Positions 21,520-33,728 of a stretch of DNA of 64,000 bases are shown piece by piece; position 1 is the first letter of the stretch; each line of letters opens with the position of its first letter. The stretch is from an uncultured delta proteobacterium. GTDB taxonomy: Bacteria > Desulfobacterota > WTBG01 > CAIYCZ01. The notes beneath the pieces are model-generated. The model was not told the origin of the DNA. It saw nothing but the letters and a program-made list of their open reading frames with translations, and did no database searches. The translations under genes and the position numbers were made by a program. The stretch is from positions 1 through 64,000 of the forward strand of contig CAWDOY010000020.1 of assembly GCA_963803975.1 (NCBI GenBank), given 5' to 3'.

Positions 21520-23659
21520 ATGTTTACTGCACTATTGCTTCCACATATTACGATAATGTTGTCGTCCCTTATATTGGGGGCTTTGTTTTTTTTAAAAACA
21601 GACGCGGACTCGTTAACAAGTCATTTTTTTATGTATGCCTCAGCATCATCATATGGACCTTTGGGTTGCCTGCAACGATTACCGCTTCCAGCATTGAATC
21701 TGGAACATTCTGGGGAAATTTCTTTATATTGGCGCTATCTTTATACCGGTTTATTTCAACCGTTTCATTCTCGCGCTCATTAATCAAATTACCCGAAATC
21801 AAAACTTTTCCTCGCTGGTGAAATACTGTTATGCGGATTTCTTCTCTTTCTCCTGAAAACCGGGTGGTTAATTGAAGGCGTAAACCCCTCTTCTATTTAC
21901 AAATATTATGATGTGCCAGGTAAAGCCTTTCCCCTGTTTATCATTTTTTTCGCCAGCTATATTTTTTATTCCAATTATAAATTAGTCCAGGCCTTAAAAA
22001 AGTCTTCAGGCATAGTAAGAATCAGATTAAGTATGTTTTTATTGCCTCTGCTGTTGGTTTTGGGGGTGGAGCTCTCACCTTTATACCATTGTATGGAATC
22101 AATTTTCCTCCTATCGGCGGTCTATTTGCTTGCCGCTTTTCCGGTAATCTTAGCCTACTGCAATCGTAAAACATCGCCTCATGGACGTAGAGTTTGTCAT
22201 CAGAAAGGGAGTTATTTACGCTTATGCGTCTTTCCTGCTGCTCATTCCAATCTTTTTATTGACTGTGGGGGCCCAGCTGTATACATTTCAAAAAACGAAC
22301 CTTGCTTTTTCCTGCTTTGTTTTCCTGTGCATGATCATCGCAGCGTACCTTTTCCCTAAAGTGCGGCTACAGGCAGAAACAACCGTAGAACAATACATTT
22401 TTAAAGATAAATATGACTACAAAAAAACCATCAGCGATCTCAGCAGGGCGATGGTTTCTATCCTCGATATAAATGAACTGTGTAGAAAAATCATCTCAAC
22501 AACAACTGAAGCTCTGAAGGTGGCTAAAGCTTCGGTCTTTATCTTCAATGAAGAAAAAGATGCCTTTCTTTTATGCGACGCCCGCGGGCTTGAAGGGTAT
22601 ACCATTGCGAACAGCTATCGAAAAGACGACCAGTTTTTTAAACTGCTTGAACGACGCCGGGAAATCACTATCCGTGAAGAGCTGGAACGCTATCAACATA
22701 ATCCTGATATGCAAACCATTTACCAGATGATGACCCGGATGGGAGCAGAGACCTGCATCCCGTTAATTGCAAAGCAGCGGCTGATAGGCATTGTCAACCT
22801 GGGCATGAAGGGCAACAAAAAGATGTATACCCATGAAGACCTGGAACTGCTCACAACGCTTGCTAACAGCGCCACCATTGGAATTGAAAATGCCCAGCTC
22901 TATGAAAATCTGAAAAACACGAAAAAGATCATGCTCCGCGCGGACCGCCTTGCCTCGCTCGGCACCCTTGCCGCGGGTCTTGCCCATGAGATCAGAAATC
23001 CTCTGGTCGCCATTAAAACCTTTACCCAGCTGCTGCCCGAACGGTTTGATGATGAAGAGTTCCGCAACTATTTCACCACGGTGGCAGCCGGGGAAATTGA
23101 CCGGATTTCTACGCTCATCACAGAACTTCTCGAATTCTCCAGGCCGTCCGGGCCGTTCTTTCAGCAGGAAAACCTCAATGATATCCTTGACAAAATGATA
23201 ACCCTCATAAAAACCGAGGCAAAGCAAAAAGAACTGACAATTGAAGCGACACTTGCTGACGATCTTCCTACCGTCACCGTGGATAAAGAGCAAATGAAGC
23301 AGGTATTCATTAATATCCTGCTCAATGCCATACAGGCAACCCCGGAGAAAGGCACCATTTTAGTTGCAACCAGAAAAATCGTCAAAAGCAATGGCGGCCC
23401 CGGGTTTGTGCAGGTGGAAATCAGTGACACGGGCATCGGGATACCAGAGGAGGAACTGGATAAAATCTTTACACCGTTCTTCACCACACGAGCTAAAGGA
23501 AGCGGCTTGGGCCTGGCAATTTCACACCAGATCATACAGGAGCATGAAGGAACCATTGATGTAAAAAGTGTAGAAAAAAAAGGAACAACCTTTACCATAA
23601 ATCTTCCCACTAATCCGCTTATTCTAAAGCATAACAACAATGACCGACAAGTTAACTGA
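21520..23659 (+). CDS. Membrane sensor histidine kinase (multi-TM sensor, GAF, HisKA, HATPase); N-terminus frameshifted
   Basis: Hydrophobic N-terminal fragments, GAF region, 'AHEIRNPL', 'NAIQA', 'DTGIGI', 'FTPFFTT', 'GSGLGL'. Confidence 0.85.
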
Positions 23660-25221
23660 CCCTGGTTCTGCTGGCCGCACACAATCCTCAGAAAAGGCAT
23701 ATGCTCCGGCAACGTCTTTTCTGCCGCCGTTTATCTCGCACCGGGAAATTCCCCCCGAGGCACTTTTTCCTCCTGCAGCACTTTTGTTGATACATAAAAT
23801 TGCCCGCACAGCACTGCCGCTCCTTGTTACAGGGGAACAAGGACTGGGACAAGGCTATCTATCAAGGCTGCTCCATACAACAGGCTTTACCAAAGGCGAA
23901 CCGTTTCTGGAACTGCACCTGTCAGCGGATAAAAGCGAAAATGCCGTGGAGGCGCTCTCTCATCTTCTGCAAACAATACATTCAGGGAACCCGTTTAAAG
24001 GCACGCTGCATATCCACGGCCTTGATAATGCCTCTTACCTCTTACAAACATGGCTCGTATCCATGCTTGAACACGAAACCGTGCGTTTCCCTGATGGCCG
24101 GCAGGTCCGTTTTGAAGGCCGTATCGCGGCAAGCGTCTTTCAACCGCTGGAACAGGTGTTAGCCCACAGCGGTATGGTGCCCGCACTGATCTATAAAGTA
24201 GCCATCGCGCCGGTACTGCTGAAGCCCTTACGTGAACGCAGCAATACCATTCCGCATCTCGCTGATATCTTTATAAGAGCCTATGAAAAGCGCCTCCTGG
24301 TAAACACGAAGAAAACTTACCCCGCAAGCGATACAGTGCCTTCAGGACTATCCCTGGCCGGGGAATGTGAGCGAGCTTGAAAGTGTGGTGTATCGCTCTC
24401 TCCTGTTTTCATCTTCTTCATCTCTGGGCGCAGAAGATATTATATTCGAGATGGAACCACAGCGCACCGTTCCCGCTGACGATGCCGCAACGCTTGCACC
24501 GCAACATGATCCCCTGCCTGAGCATCAGGTCACGGCTGGCTCGACACTTGAACTTTCAATAGCCAATCTGGTTGCAGAACTTTCCCATGAAATTAAGAAC
24601 CCGCTCGTGGCTATTAAAACGTTTATTCAACTCCTGCCCGGTCATATTAATGACCCTGAATTTCTGTCAGATTTTTTTGGTGTGGCAGCAACGAGCATTG
24701 ATCGCATCGACTATTTAACTGAGCGGATGCTTGAATTTGCGAAGTTGAGTCAGCCCCGCGCTATGAGCATCCAGCTTGCTGCGGTGCTGCAGGAAGTCAT
24801 GAAAAAAATTGGCTCCCTGACGCCGCCCCTCCAGATCAACTGGAACCCTGATGCATTTGAACATATACCTTCCCTGGATGCTGACCAGGAGCAGGTATGC
24901 TATGCCCTGGAAAACATATTGTTTCATATTGCCCACAATGCACCAGCCGGACAGATGGTTGAGTTTCGCGTGGATGAAACTCCCGCAGCCATAGCCCTGA
25001 GCATGTCCTATGCCGGGGAAAAGCAGGCGCAGGGACTTGCGTTCTCAAGTGCACAGGGTGAAATGATAAGCGATCTTAATGGCCTTGATCTGTTTCTTGC
25101 ACACCAGGTCTTGCAAAAAAATGCCATTCGCTGTACAAAGGATACTGAACATACTAAGACCATCATAACCATCCAGTTCCCCCGTGCCATGAAGATCGCA
25201 GAAGGAGATAGCTCGAGATGA
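23640..25221 (+). CDS. Fusion of a degenerate sigma54-type AAA+ domain with HisKA and a degenerate HATPase (frameshift near 24315)
   Basis: 'LVTGEQGLGQ' pseudo-Walker A; 'DYPWPGNVSELE' reads in frame with the second ORF; 'SHEIKNPLVAIKTF'. Confidence 0.7.
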
Positions 25222-26597
25222 AAACAATCCTCATTGTGGATGACGAACTCGCAACCCGTGAATCGCTGAGAATGATACTCAAGCGCCAGTACGATCTCAT
25301 GCTGGCTGCAAGTGGAGAGGAAGCACTGATAATGCTTGAGACCGTGCAACCCGACCTTATTCTGCTGGATATCATAATGCCGGGCATTGACGGCATGGAG
25401 ACCCTGAAAAGGATAAAAGAGAAAAATCGTAAGCAGCAGGTGGTAATGATTACTGCCACCAAGACCGTGAAGACCGCAGTTGAAGCAATGAAGCTGGGGG
25501 CCTTTGATTATCTCGAAAAGCCGTTTGACGTGAACGAAATAACCCGGGTGGTAGAGGAGGCAACCAAAAAGGAAGCGGCGCGGCGCTTCAAGGTCATCTG
25601 TGACCGATCGCAGATTATCGGCGAAAGCCAGCCCATGCAAAAAATCTTCGATATCATCCAGCACGTGACAGATCGGAAAACGACCGTACTTATTTCCGGA
25701 GAAAGCGGTACGGGGAAAGAGCTGGTTGCCCGAGCCATCCACTTTAATGGGCCGCGGCGCGATAAACCGTTTGTCGCAATCAATTGTGCCGCCATACCGG
25801 AAACGCTTATCGAAAGCGAGCTCTTCGGCCACGAGAAAGGTTCTTTCACCAACGCCTATGAGCGCCGCATCGGCCATTGTGAGCTGGCGCATCAGGGCAC
25901 GCTGTTCCTTGATGAAATAACCGAGCTCTCACCCTACACCCAGGCAAAGATACTGCGGTACCTTCAGGAACGTGAGTTCATGCGCGTGGGCGGCAACAAG
26001 CCCATATCAGTTGATACCCGGCTGATAGCAGCGACGAATCAAAATCTTGAAGAGGCGTTGAAAAATAAAAAGATCCGTGAAGACTTCTATTACCGAATCA
26101 ACATTGTGCCCGTGGTACTGCCGCCCCTCAGAGACCGCAGAGAAGATATACCCCTCCTGGTGGACTATTTTCTGCATAAATTAACTGCAGATGAGGGACG
26201 AGAGCCTCTGGAAATAACGGCAGATTCAATGGAAATTTTCAAAAACTACGATTGGCCGGGCAATGTCCGGGAAATGGAAAACCTCATCGAGCGGCTTGTT
26301 GCCCTCTCCCTGGATGGTGTCATAACGCCGGCAACCATTCCCCAGCATATCTGCCAGAATAATGGGCCGGTCGTAACTGATAAATTTAATGATACCTATA
26401 ATCAAGATGTGCTGAATGGCAGGATGTCACTTGAAGAAGCGGAATCTGAATTTAACCGCGATATTATTTTAAATGCGCTGGAGAAATCTGATTACGTCCA
26501 ATCACGGGCAGCCAAGATGCTCGGTATTACCCGAAGAATTCTCAAATATAAAATGGACAAACTGGGGATCAGCAGTCCGGATGAGGAAGCATTATAA
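25218..26597 (+). CDS. NtrC-family sigma54-dependent response regulator
   Basis: REC domain, GESGTGKE, '[15 protein letters not shown]', WPGNVRE, Fis-type HTH. Confidence 0.95.
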   Translation: MKTILIVDDELATRESLRMILKRQYDLMLAASGEEALIMLETVQPDLILLDIIMPGIDGMETLKRIKEKNRKQQVVMITATKTVKTAVEAMKLGAFDYLEKPFDVNEITRVVEEATKKEAARRFKVICDRSQIIGESQPMQKIFDIIQHVTDRKTTVLISGESGTGKELVARAIHFNGPRRDKPFVAINCAAIPETLIESELFGHEKGSFTNAYERRIGHCELAHQGTLFLDEITELSPYTQAKILRYLQEREFMRVGGNKPISVDTRLIAATNQNLEEALKNKKIREDFYYRINIVPVVLPPLRDRREDIPLLVDYFLHKLTADEGREPLEITADSMEIFKNYDWPGNVREMENLIERLVALSLDGVITPATIPQHICQNNGPVVTDKFNDTYNQDVLNGRMSLEEAESEFNRDIILNALEKSDYVQSRAAKMLGITRRILKYKMDKLGISSPDEEAL

Positions 26598-26806
26598 TGT
26601 GTTCATCTCTGCACAAATAGGTTTTTAGCTGTTTTATGAAGTTTATTCAATTGGTTATAAATTTATAACCAATTTTTTTGCGCAAAAACGTAGATTAACT
26701 TCAGTTTATCACTCTTCTTCCCTGTCACCCTCCACGACCCGTCATAAAATTATCATTATATTTCAGCAGGTTAGAACAATTAAATATTAATACTAACTCT
26801 TTTACT

Positions 26807-26823
26807 TTGGCAAACTACTTGCA
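26807..26823 (+). promoter_or_regulatory. sigma54 (-24/-12) promoter
   Basis: TTGGCAAACTACTTGCA with GG-N10-GC spacing, downstream of an NtrC-type activator and an AT-rich region. Confidence 0.7.
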
Positions 26824-26900
26824 AAGTCTTCTGTTGTGATTAAATAACCCATGCCTCATCTCATTTCCTTAACATCTAAAAAAGGCGAGGAGAACTAAAA

Positions 26901-28004
26901 ATGACAGAAAAACCCAACATCCTGATTGTTGATGATGAACTTGGCCCCCGTGAATCATTGCGGATGATATTAAAGCCTTCCTATAATGTCTTGATTGCTG
27001 AGGATGGCTACCAGGCCCTTGAAATAATAAAACAAGTACCCATTGATTTGATTACCCTTGACCTGAGGATGCCCGGGCTTTCGGGTATTGATGTTTTAAA
27101 GGAGGTCAGAGAATCCAATAAAGATATCCAGGTAATTGTTATTACTGGTTATGGGTCATTGGGAACGATAACCACGGCAAGTCAGTACGGAGTGTATGAC
27201 TATATTTCCAAGCCGTTTAATGTTTCCGATGTGACGATGGTGGTACAAAAATCACTTGATAAAAAGAGATGCGGCACTGACATTAAAAAGCTCCTGGAAG
27301 ATATCGGGACACTGCGTGGACTATCTAAAATAGACCGGACAAAAAAGATATTCGAGAAGTGTGCCTCCTTCATCAGGGATTTAGCAAAACAGGGCGTTAC
27401 CATACGTAATGCCCAGGATAGGGCAAACGACCTGGACTGCATCAAATTTTTAAAACTGCTTTCAGATATTCTGCAAAACAAGACCCACGTTCTGGCAGAA
27501 CACGCAGAACGCATTCATTATTATACATCATTGTTTTGTAACGCTCTGCACCTTACCAATGAAGAAAAGGAAGTACTCGAGGTTGCCTCCTATTTTCATG
27601 ACATTGGCAAGATAGGCATTGAGATTGAATATGCTGAATCTGACAAATATTGTGACGACAAGCAATCCCAGGAGTGGAGACAACATCCGGAACAGGGAGT
27701 TGCCATTCTTGCTCCCGTAAACTTCGCACCTGCAGTTCTTTCCGCCATCCTTCATCATCACGAGCGCTATGATGGCAAAGGTTTTCCTGATGGCCTCAAG
27801 GGCGATGAGATTCCTCTCGGTTCAAGAATTCTCAGAATTGCAAATGTATATGATGCCCTGCTCCTCGCAAAACCCTATCCTGAAACATGTTCAAAACAAA
27901 ATATAGCCCGGGAGCTTAACGGATACGGAGAAGGCGAACTTGATCCCCACCTTCTCCAGATATTTCTTAAAGCCATACAATGTAACGATGAGAGGTTACA
28001 ATGA
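26901..28004 (+). CDS. REC + HD-GYP-type phosphodiesterase response regulator
   Basis: REC domain; 'FHDIGKI', 'HPEQG', 'HHERYDGKGFPDGL'. Confidence 0.88.
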   Translation: MTEKPNILIVDDELGPRESLRMILKPSYNVLIAEDGYQALEIIKQVPIDLITLDLRMPGLSGIDVLKEVRESNKDIQVIVITGYGSLGTITTASQYGVYDYISKPFNVSDVTMVVQKSLDKKRCGTDIKKLLEDIGTLRGLSKIDRTKKIFEKCASFIRDLAKQGVTIRNAQDRANDLDCIKFLKLLSDILQNKTHVLAEHAERIHYYTSLFCNALHLTNEEKEVLEVASYFHDIGKIGIEIEYAESDKYCDDKQSQEWRQHPEQGVAILAPVNFAPAVLSAILHHHERYDGKGFPDGLKGDEIPLGSRILRIANVYDALLLAKPYPETCSKQNIARELNGYGEGELDPHLLQIFLKAIQCNDERLQ

Positions 28005-28711
28005 ACAAATTAGTCCGCTGCAAGGTTTGTAATGCTGTTTGCGAAATAACGCCTTTTGATCAGTGCCCGGAATATCATTATTCAGAGGCTGCTGGTGAAT
28101 ACTATGCCAAAGAACGAGATGACAAACTCGATTTTATCCAAAAGCACCGGGGGCACCGGATAGAGGAGCTTACCATCCTTGAGAACCCCATGTACAGTGA
28201 GGGGCCCTATGCTGACCCGCAGCGGACACTGTACTTTGAAGCGACCAATGGCAAAGAAACATTTTTAATTAAACGCTGGAGAAACTCGGTGCTGGACCCG
28301 GTCCGTTACGATGTCGTCCCCGGAAGACTTGAAGTTAAAAAGACCGTAGATATCCAGAAGGGAAGTCTTGAAAAACAGATACGGTATGAACTGAGGAATC
28401 CCTCTCTTGCAGAGGCTAAGGTGAGTCAATTCATAGAGATCGTGCAGGATACCGCATTGCAGTATAATCCTGATCAAAGCTCCGCAACCATGTATGAAAG
28501 CAATGATGCACAGGTTGATTATCTTCCTTTAGATGAAGATCAGATTTCCAGCATTCTCAAAAAGAGCCGCACTATTTTTACTCAGGACGAATTACAAAAG
28601 ATTGAGCGTTTTATCCGGAATAACTGTACCTATAATGGGGTTATGGCCCTCGTGCTTAAGAAAACCCCGGTATTTCATCCCGCATCTCTATCAGAACCAT
28701 TATCTAATTAG
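28001..28711 (+). CDS. Hypothetical protein with N-terminal CxxC
   Basis: 236-aa ORF translationally coupled to the upstream gene (ATGA overlap). Confidence 0.65.
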   Translation: MNKLVRCKVCNAVCEITPFDQCPEYHYSEAAGEYYAKERDDKLDFIQKHRGHRIEELTILENPMYSEGPYADPQRTLYFEATNGKETFLIKRWRNSVLDPVRYDVVPGRLEVKKTVDIQKGSLEKQIRYELRNPSLAEAKVSQFIEIVQDTALQYNPDQSSATMYESNDAQVDYLPLDEDQISSILKKSRTIFTQDELQKIERFIRNNCTYNGVMALVLKKTPVFHPASLSEPLSN

Positions 28712-29688
28712 AGCGCCGGGCAATTCATTAAGCATAGGTAAAACCCTATCAAGCACTGTTGCGGGTCTAATCCACTGCACCCCTGCGCCTTCCTTTGAAG
28801 CCCTCTTTAAAACTTTCACTTTTTCCCCTCTCGGTCCCCAGATACGCTGGTCAGTCGGGCCAAAAATTGCGACAACAGGAATCCCCATGGCCGCAGCCAG
28901 ATGGGTAATGCCCGAGTCATTACCAATAAACAACGTGCACTCTTTAAGGATGGCAGCCAGCACCGGAAGTTCAAGTGATTGCAGCATGACCGGGGAAATA
29001 CCTGCAAGGTTCCTTCTTTAATTGAGATACGTTGTTCCCATCAGCAGGCCCTTCTATGAGCAGTATGGTGCCACGTACGGTGCGGTAGATTTCATGTACC
29101 AGCGCGGCATAACAATCAACCGGCCAGTTTTTCTTTGAGCTGCCGCTGCCCGGATGAATAGCGATGAGCGGAGGAAACGGTCCCTTAAGGTTTTGCCGGG
29201 TATAAAAAGTTTTGAGCCTCCGCAAAATCTTCAGCCCGCAAAAAGAGCCGGGGAATTTTCAGTGAAGTATCATAACCGAGAGCATGCAGTTGTTCCAGTT
29301 GAAAATCAATAACGTGTTTATTTTCACCTGCCGGGAACGTCTTGATATGAATAAGTTCAGGGCCATGCAGCGATGCCAGATTTTGCATGGCTATTTTTTG
29401 CGCATTTCCTCCAAAGATAAATATCTTTTCAAATCTCTCAATACTGGCAATGAGATCAGGGTGAACATGGCCCTGCTCATTATACAGAGAAGCCATCTCA
29501 GCTCTGTCCACAGAGCATACGGTTTCGGCATAGAATCGCTTATTGATCAGGCTTAACGTTGACGGGTATCCCATGACCTCAACTATAGCATCCGGAAATG
29601 CCCTGCGGATTGCATAGAATGAAGGAAGAGATACTATGAGGTCACCAATTGCTCCCTGGTGAATAAGGAGGATATGTTTTACCGGCAT
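28700..29688 (-). CDS. Glycosyltransferase family 9 (heptosyltransferase-like), frameshifted
   Basis: 'GAIGD', 'IHPGSGSSKKNWP', 'GNDSGITHLAAA...FGPT' across three ORFs. Confidence 0.85.
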
Positions 29689-29725
29689 AAATAAGAATCA
29701 CCGCTACTTCGTGCTCAGCTCTTTT

Positions 29726-30362
29726 TCACACGCCCCGTCTTCTATCCGGCCAGATATACCGGTGTATCTGCAGCTGCAAACGCACATTCAGTTTTTCCTG
29801 AAGAATCCATTCAGCCAGTTCTTGAGGATGTAATCTGTCAGACACAGGTGAAAAAAGAACATGTGCCCTGCCCTGCATCTCATGCTGCTTTAAGATTTCT
29901 AATGCCCATTCAAAATCTTTTCTGTCCGAGATGACAAACTTAATCTCATCCCTTACGGTAAGATAGTCAACATTTTTGAAGATTCATGTATTTATCCATT
30001 CCGCTCCCGGGGCATTTCAAATCCAGAATCCGGTGCACCCGCTGATCAACATCTTTTATCAATATGCTGCCATTCGTCTCCAGGAGAACAGTGACCCCTG
30101 CGTCAAGTAAGCGTGAGCAGAGGATATAGGTCTCATCCTGCAATAAAGGCTCCCCACCGGTTATTACAACTCGCGAGACAGCTCTCTTATTAACTTCAGC
30201 AACGACCGCATCAAGAGAGTATTCTGTGCCTTCTTCATATGCATATTGTGTATCGCAATATGAACAGCGCAGATTACAGCCCGTGAGCCGCACAAAGGTA
30301 AACGGCAGGCCGACAAATGAAGTCTCTCCCTGAATGCTGGTGAAGATTTCGCTTATTTTCAT
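29726..30362 (-). CDS. queE: 7-carboxy-7-deazaguanine synthase (radical SAM), frameshifted
   Basis: 'EIFTSIQGE', 'RLTGCNLRCSYCDT', 'TGGEPL', 'ETNG', C-terminal 'LQLQIHRYIW'. Confidence 0.88.
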
Positions 30363-30449
30363 AGTATGAAACCATTAATCTATTGACATTGATTGATGGG
30401 GAAACTATACCAATTTAAACCTTTTCAGAAAAGACTTTTCCCTTTTATT

Positions 30450-31376
30450 ATGCGACATAAACCTGCCTGGGTTGAGATTAAAGTTGCGGTTTTGCCATCT
30501 GAAGCCGATGCGGTGGCAAACTTTCTTATTGAGCTTGGAAGCAATGGCATTGTGGAGGAGAGTGATAATCTCTCCGCCGCGTCCCCGCGCAATGAGGGTT
30601 TGTTAGTATTAAAAGCATATTTAAATAATGATGTTAATATAAATAGTTGCGTTGATAGCATCAAAAACTATCTTATATCACTCCGCAGTATGGAAAGGGC
30701 CTTTGTAAATCAAGAACCTGAACTTCTGGTTACTGAAATTGAGGATGAGGATTGGAATGAAAAGTGGAAATCATTTTTTCAGCCTATTAAGGTTACAAAA
30801 AATATCGTCATAAAGCCTTCCTGGAGAAATTACTGGAAAAAAGAGAATGAAATGGTGATTGAGCTTGACCCGGGGATGGCGTTCGGGACCGGCACCCATG
30901 CATCTACCCGCTTATGTCTTCAGGCACTTGAGGATTTGATTGAGGATTCTCCTGACAGTAGAAAATGCTTCCCTGCTCGACGTTGGCACCGGATCAGGAA
31001 TACTCGCTATTGCGGCTGCGCTGCTTGGCGTGAAACAGGTAGTGGGCATTGATATAGACGTGCAGGCAGTTGCATGCGCGAAGAAAAATGCCGCGGTTAA
31101 TGCGGTAGCCGAACAGATGCTGTTTGAAAGCACCCCGTTACACAAACTCCCCGGCTCGTTTTCGACAGTGGTGGCCAATATTTTACCCAGACCCTCATCG
31201 ATATGAAAGATGATCTTATCCGTCATCTTGAGCCTTCTGGGTATCTCATGCTTTCCGGGATTATTCAGGAAAGAGCACGGGATGTTATAGATGCATTCAG
31301 GAGTGAACTCGTATTTAAAAAAGAAACACAGGAAGAGGAATGGTCGTGCCTTATCTTCCAGAATAAAACCTGCTAA
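30450..31376 (+). CDS. prmA: 50S ribosomal protein L11 methyltransferase, frameshifted
   Basis: 'EDWNEKWK', 'LDPGMAFGTGTH', 'LDVGTGSGILAI', 'VANIL', 'LSGII'. Confidence 0.9.
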
Positions 31377-31483
31377 TATCTTCGCGCAGGTGCCTGCTTC
31401 GCTTTTAATGAAGCTTTCATGCTTCTGTTCAGGGTACAATTTTCTTTCTATTTACCTGATATTTTGCCGCCTTTTCTTTTACT

Positions 31484-32023
31484 TCAAACCCGATTTTCCG
31501 TTTGGGCATATCGGGTGGACGGTTCCGCTGAAGCCATTAATTTTCTCACCTCTCCTAAAACATGTACAATCGCTCTTTCATGGACGTTAAGCCGATCAGT
31601 CAGTTTCTTTTCAAGTTCTGCCAGCTTTAGCGCCAGTGCTTTATTATTGGCAAGTGTCTCGCGCATTTTAATGAATGCACGGACCACAAAAACACTCATC
31701 TCTATGGCCTTTGGACTATTGAGTACCGTAGCTGCCATAATAGAACCGTGTTCTGTAAAGACATAGGGAAGATAGCGCCTTCCGCCATGCAAACTTGAGG
31801 TCGCAAATTGCGACCTCAAGTTATTCGTTTCCTCTTCAGTTAATTGGAAAACAAAATCTTCTGGAAAACGGGCAGGGTTTCTTTTTATCTGTTCATTCAG
31901 CCGTTTTGTAGGCACACCGTATATTTTTGCAAGATCAGCGTCTAAAATTACTTTTAGTCCCCGAATCGTAACAATACGAGGCTCCAAATTGGTGGTTGCC
32001 AATGTTTTTAATTTTGTAGTCAT
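31484..32023 (-). CDS. ORF6N-domain protein
   Basis: 'IRGLKVILDADLAKIYGV.TKRLNEQ.KRN..RFPEDF.FQL', 'PYVFTEHG'. Confidence 0.88.
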   Translation of the reverse strand: MTTKLKTLATTNLEPRIVTIRGLKVILDADLAKIYGVPTKRLNEQIKRNPARFPEDFVFQLTEEETNNLRSQFATSSLHGGRRYLPYVFTEHGSIMAATVLNSPKAIEMSVFVVRAFIKMRETLANNKALALKLAELEKKLTDRLNVHERAIVHVLGEVRKLMASAEPSTRYAQTENRV

Positions 32024-32196
32024 AATGTATCTCTTATCTTTTTCCTAGTTGAAGCTGGGAACAGCGCCCTTTACTGAACCTCCATGCGCCATCCGCCCGG
32101 TTGTGCCGCGCACTGCCTTTGAGGCCCCCGCCCGGCTCTATAACCAAGCATGCTTCATGGGTTAAAAAAGCCCGCAGTACCATGCACCTTGAAGTT

Positions 32197-32372
32197 TTAC
32201 AATATTCCTTTTTTGAGTCGGTCCCGAATCTGTTTTGACTTCCTGGGCATGGCAGTATGGTAAAACTCCATCTGCATTTCCAGCCATTTAAGCTTTTGAA
32301 TCGCGGGGAGCTTTTTGTGGGCGGAAATCTGATCAAGCGTTCGATAGTACAGGAGAGTGTTTTTTTGCTCAT
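32197..32372 (-). CDS. Small hypothetical protein (about 58 aa if an A-run indel is corrected)
   Basis: Adding one A after ATGAGC gives MSKKNTLLYYRTLDQISAHKKLPAIQKLKWLEMQMEFYHTAMPRKSKQIRDRLKKGIL; GGAG upstream. Confidence 0.35.
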
Positions 32373-32411
32373 CGCTCCATTCCTTCCTTTTTTTTGCAGG
32401 TGGTAAACTTA

Positions 32412-33728
32412 TTATCCCGCCTGCAAAAAGCCGTCTTCCATGCGGATGTACATAGTCCTGCCGCGCACCAGTGTGAGCTTTTCAATATTCCGCAGCGCCT
32501 TCTGCAGGTTTGCTTCACGCGCTTCATGGGTGAGCATGAATATGGAGACCGCGCCGCCACGCGACCGCCTGCCCCGCTGCACAACCGAGTGGATGCTTAT
32601 CTGGTGGCGGCCCAGAACGCCGGCTATTTTGGCAAGCACCCCCGGCTTATCGACGGCTGAAAGCCGGAGATAGTATCTGGTTTGTATATCCTGTATTCCC
32701 CTTATTTTAATTTCTTTTAACTTTCCCTGACTAATCGGCTCTATCCGCTGCGTTATCCCTTTGATGATATTGCGCGACAGTTCCATGATGTCAGCTACCA
32801 CCGCGCTGCCGGTCGGCATCATGCCGGCGCCTTTGCCATACAGCATGCAGGGACCAACCGCATCGCCCTGAAGAAAAATAGCATTACCGGTTCCCTCGAT
32901 CCGTGAAAGCAGATGACCGTCAGGGATAAGCGTCGGATGGACACGCACATCTATCTCGCGCTCGTTGCCGCGGCAGATAGCAAGCAGCTTTATTTTGTAG
33001 CCAAGTTCCCTGGCGAATTCTATGTCAAGAGGTGTTATCTTTGAAATTCCCTCTGTGTAAATTTTCTCAAGGTTTATCTTCTTTCCATATGCCAGGTGCA
33101 CCAGTATTGCCAGCTTATGTGCCGTATCAATGCCCTCGATATCCAGGGTTGGATCTGCCTCTGCATATCCCTGCACCTGGGCATCCTTTAGAATATCCTC
33201 AAACTGCCCGCTCTCTTCCGTCATCCTGCTGAGTATATAGTTTGATGTGCCATTGAGGATGCCGAAAATACCGAGAATATTGTTTGCTGCGAGCCCTTCC
33301 CGCAGCGCCCGGATAATGGGTATGCCGCCTCCCACGCTTCCCTCAAATGCCACGTCAACGCCGTACTCGGCAGCGGCTCTGAAAATTTCAGCGCCATGCT
33401 CTGCCAGCAGGGCCTTATTTGCCGTAACGACGTGCTTGCCGTTTTTTATGGCCCGCAGGATAAATTTCTTTGCCGGTTCAATGCCGCCCATGAGCTCGAT
33501 GACAATATCAATCTCCGGATCATCAAGCACCTGCGCTGCATTAGTTGTGAGCAGTTCCCTGCGCACAATGACGTCTCTGGCAGTGGTTATATCAAGGTCC
33601 GCGATCCGCTGCAGTTCAAGAGACGCTCCCAGCCGCTGGCGTATGACAGCGCTGTTCTTCTGCAGTATTTTCACCACGCCGGTACCAATAGTACCGAATC
33701 CGATAAGACCGATTTTAATCCTCTTCAC
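32412..33728 (-). CDS. hom: Homoserine dehydrogenase with C-terminal ACT domain
   Basis: 'GFGTIGTG', 'VVTANKA', 'FEGSVGGGIP', 'GYAEADPTLDIEGID'. Confidence 0.95.
   Translation of the reverse strand: MKRIKIGLIGFGTIGTGVVKILQKNSAVIRQRLGASLELQRIADLDITTARDVIVRRELLTTNAAQVLDDPEIDIVIELMGGIEPAKKFILRAIKNGKHVVTANKALLAEHGAEIFRAAAEYGVDVAFEGSVGGGIPIIRALREGLAANNILGIFGILNGTSNYILSRMTEESGQFEDILKDAQVQGYAEADPTLDIEGIDTAHKLAILVHLAYGKKINLEKIYTEGISKITPLDIEFARELGYKIKLLAICRGNEREIDVRVHPTLIPDGHLLSRIEGTGNAIFLQGDAVGPCMLYGKGAGMMPTGSAVVADIMELSRNIIKGITQRIEPISQGKLKEIKIRGIQDIQTRYYLRLSAVDKPGVLAKIAGVLGRHQISIHSVVQRGRRSRGGAVSIFMLTHEAREANLQKALRNIEKLTLVRGRTMYIRMEDGFLQAG

Noticed and set aside
25008..25892. 294-aa antisense ORF and the many other shadow ORFs in the track
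   Set aside because: They lie opposite or inside well-supported genes and have no motifs of their own.
31484..32023. ORF6N gene (with the HTH_17 gene at 9315) as evidence of a prophage
   Set aside because: Both are isolated among housekeeping genes, with no phage structural genes, integrase or att sites.
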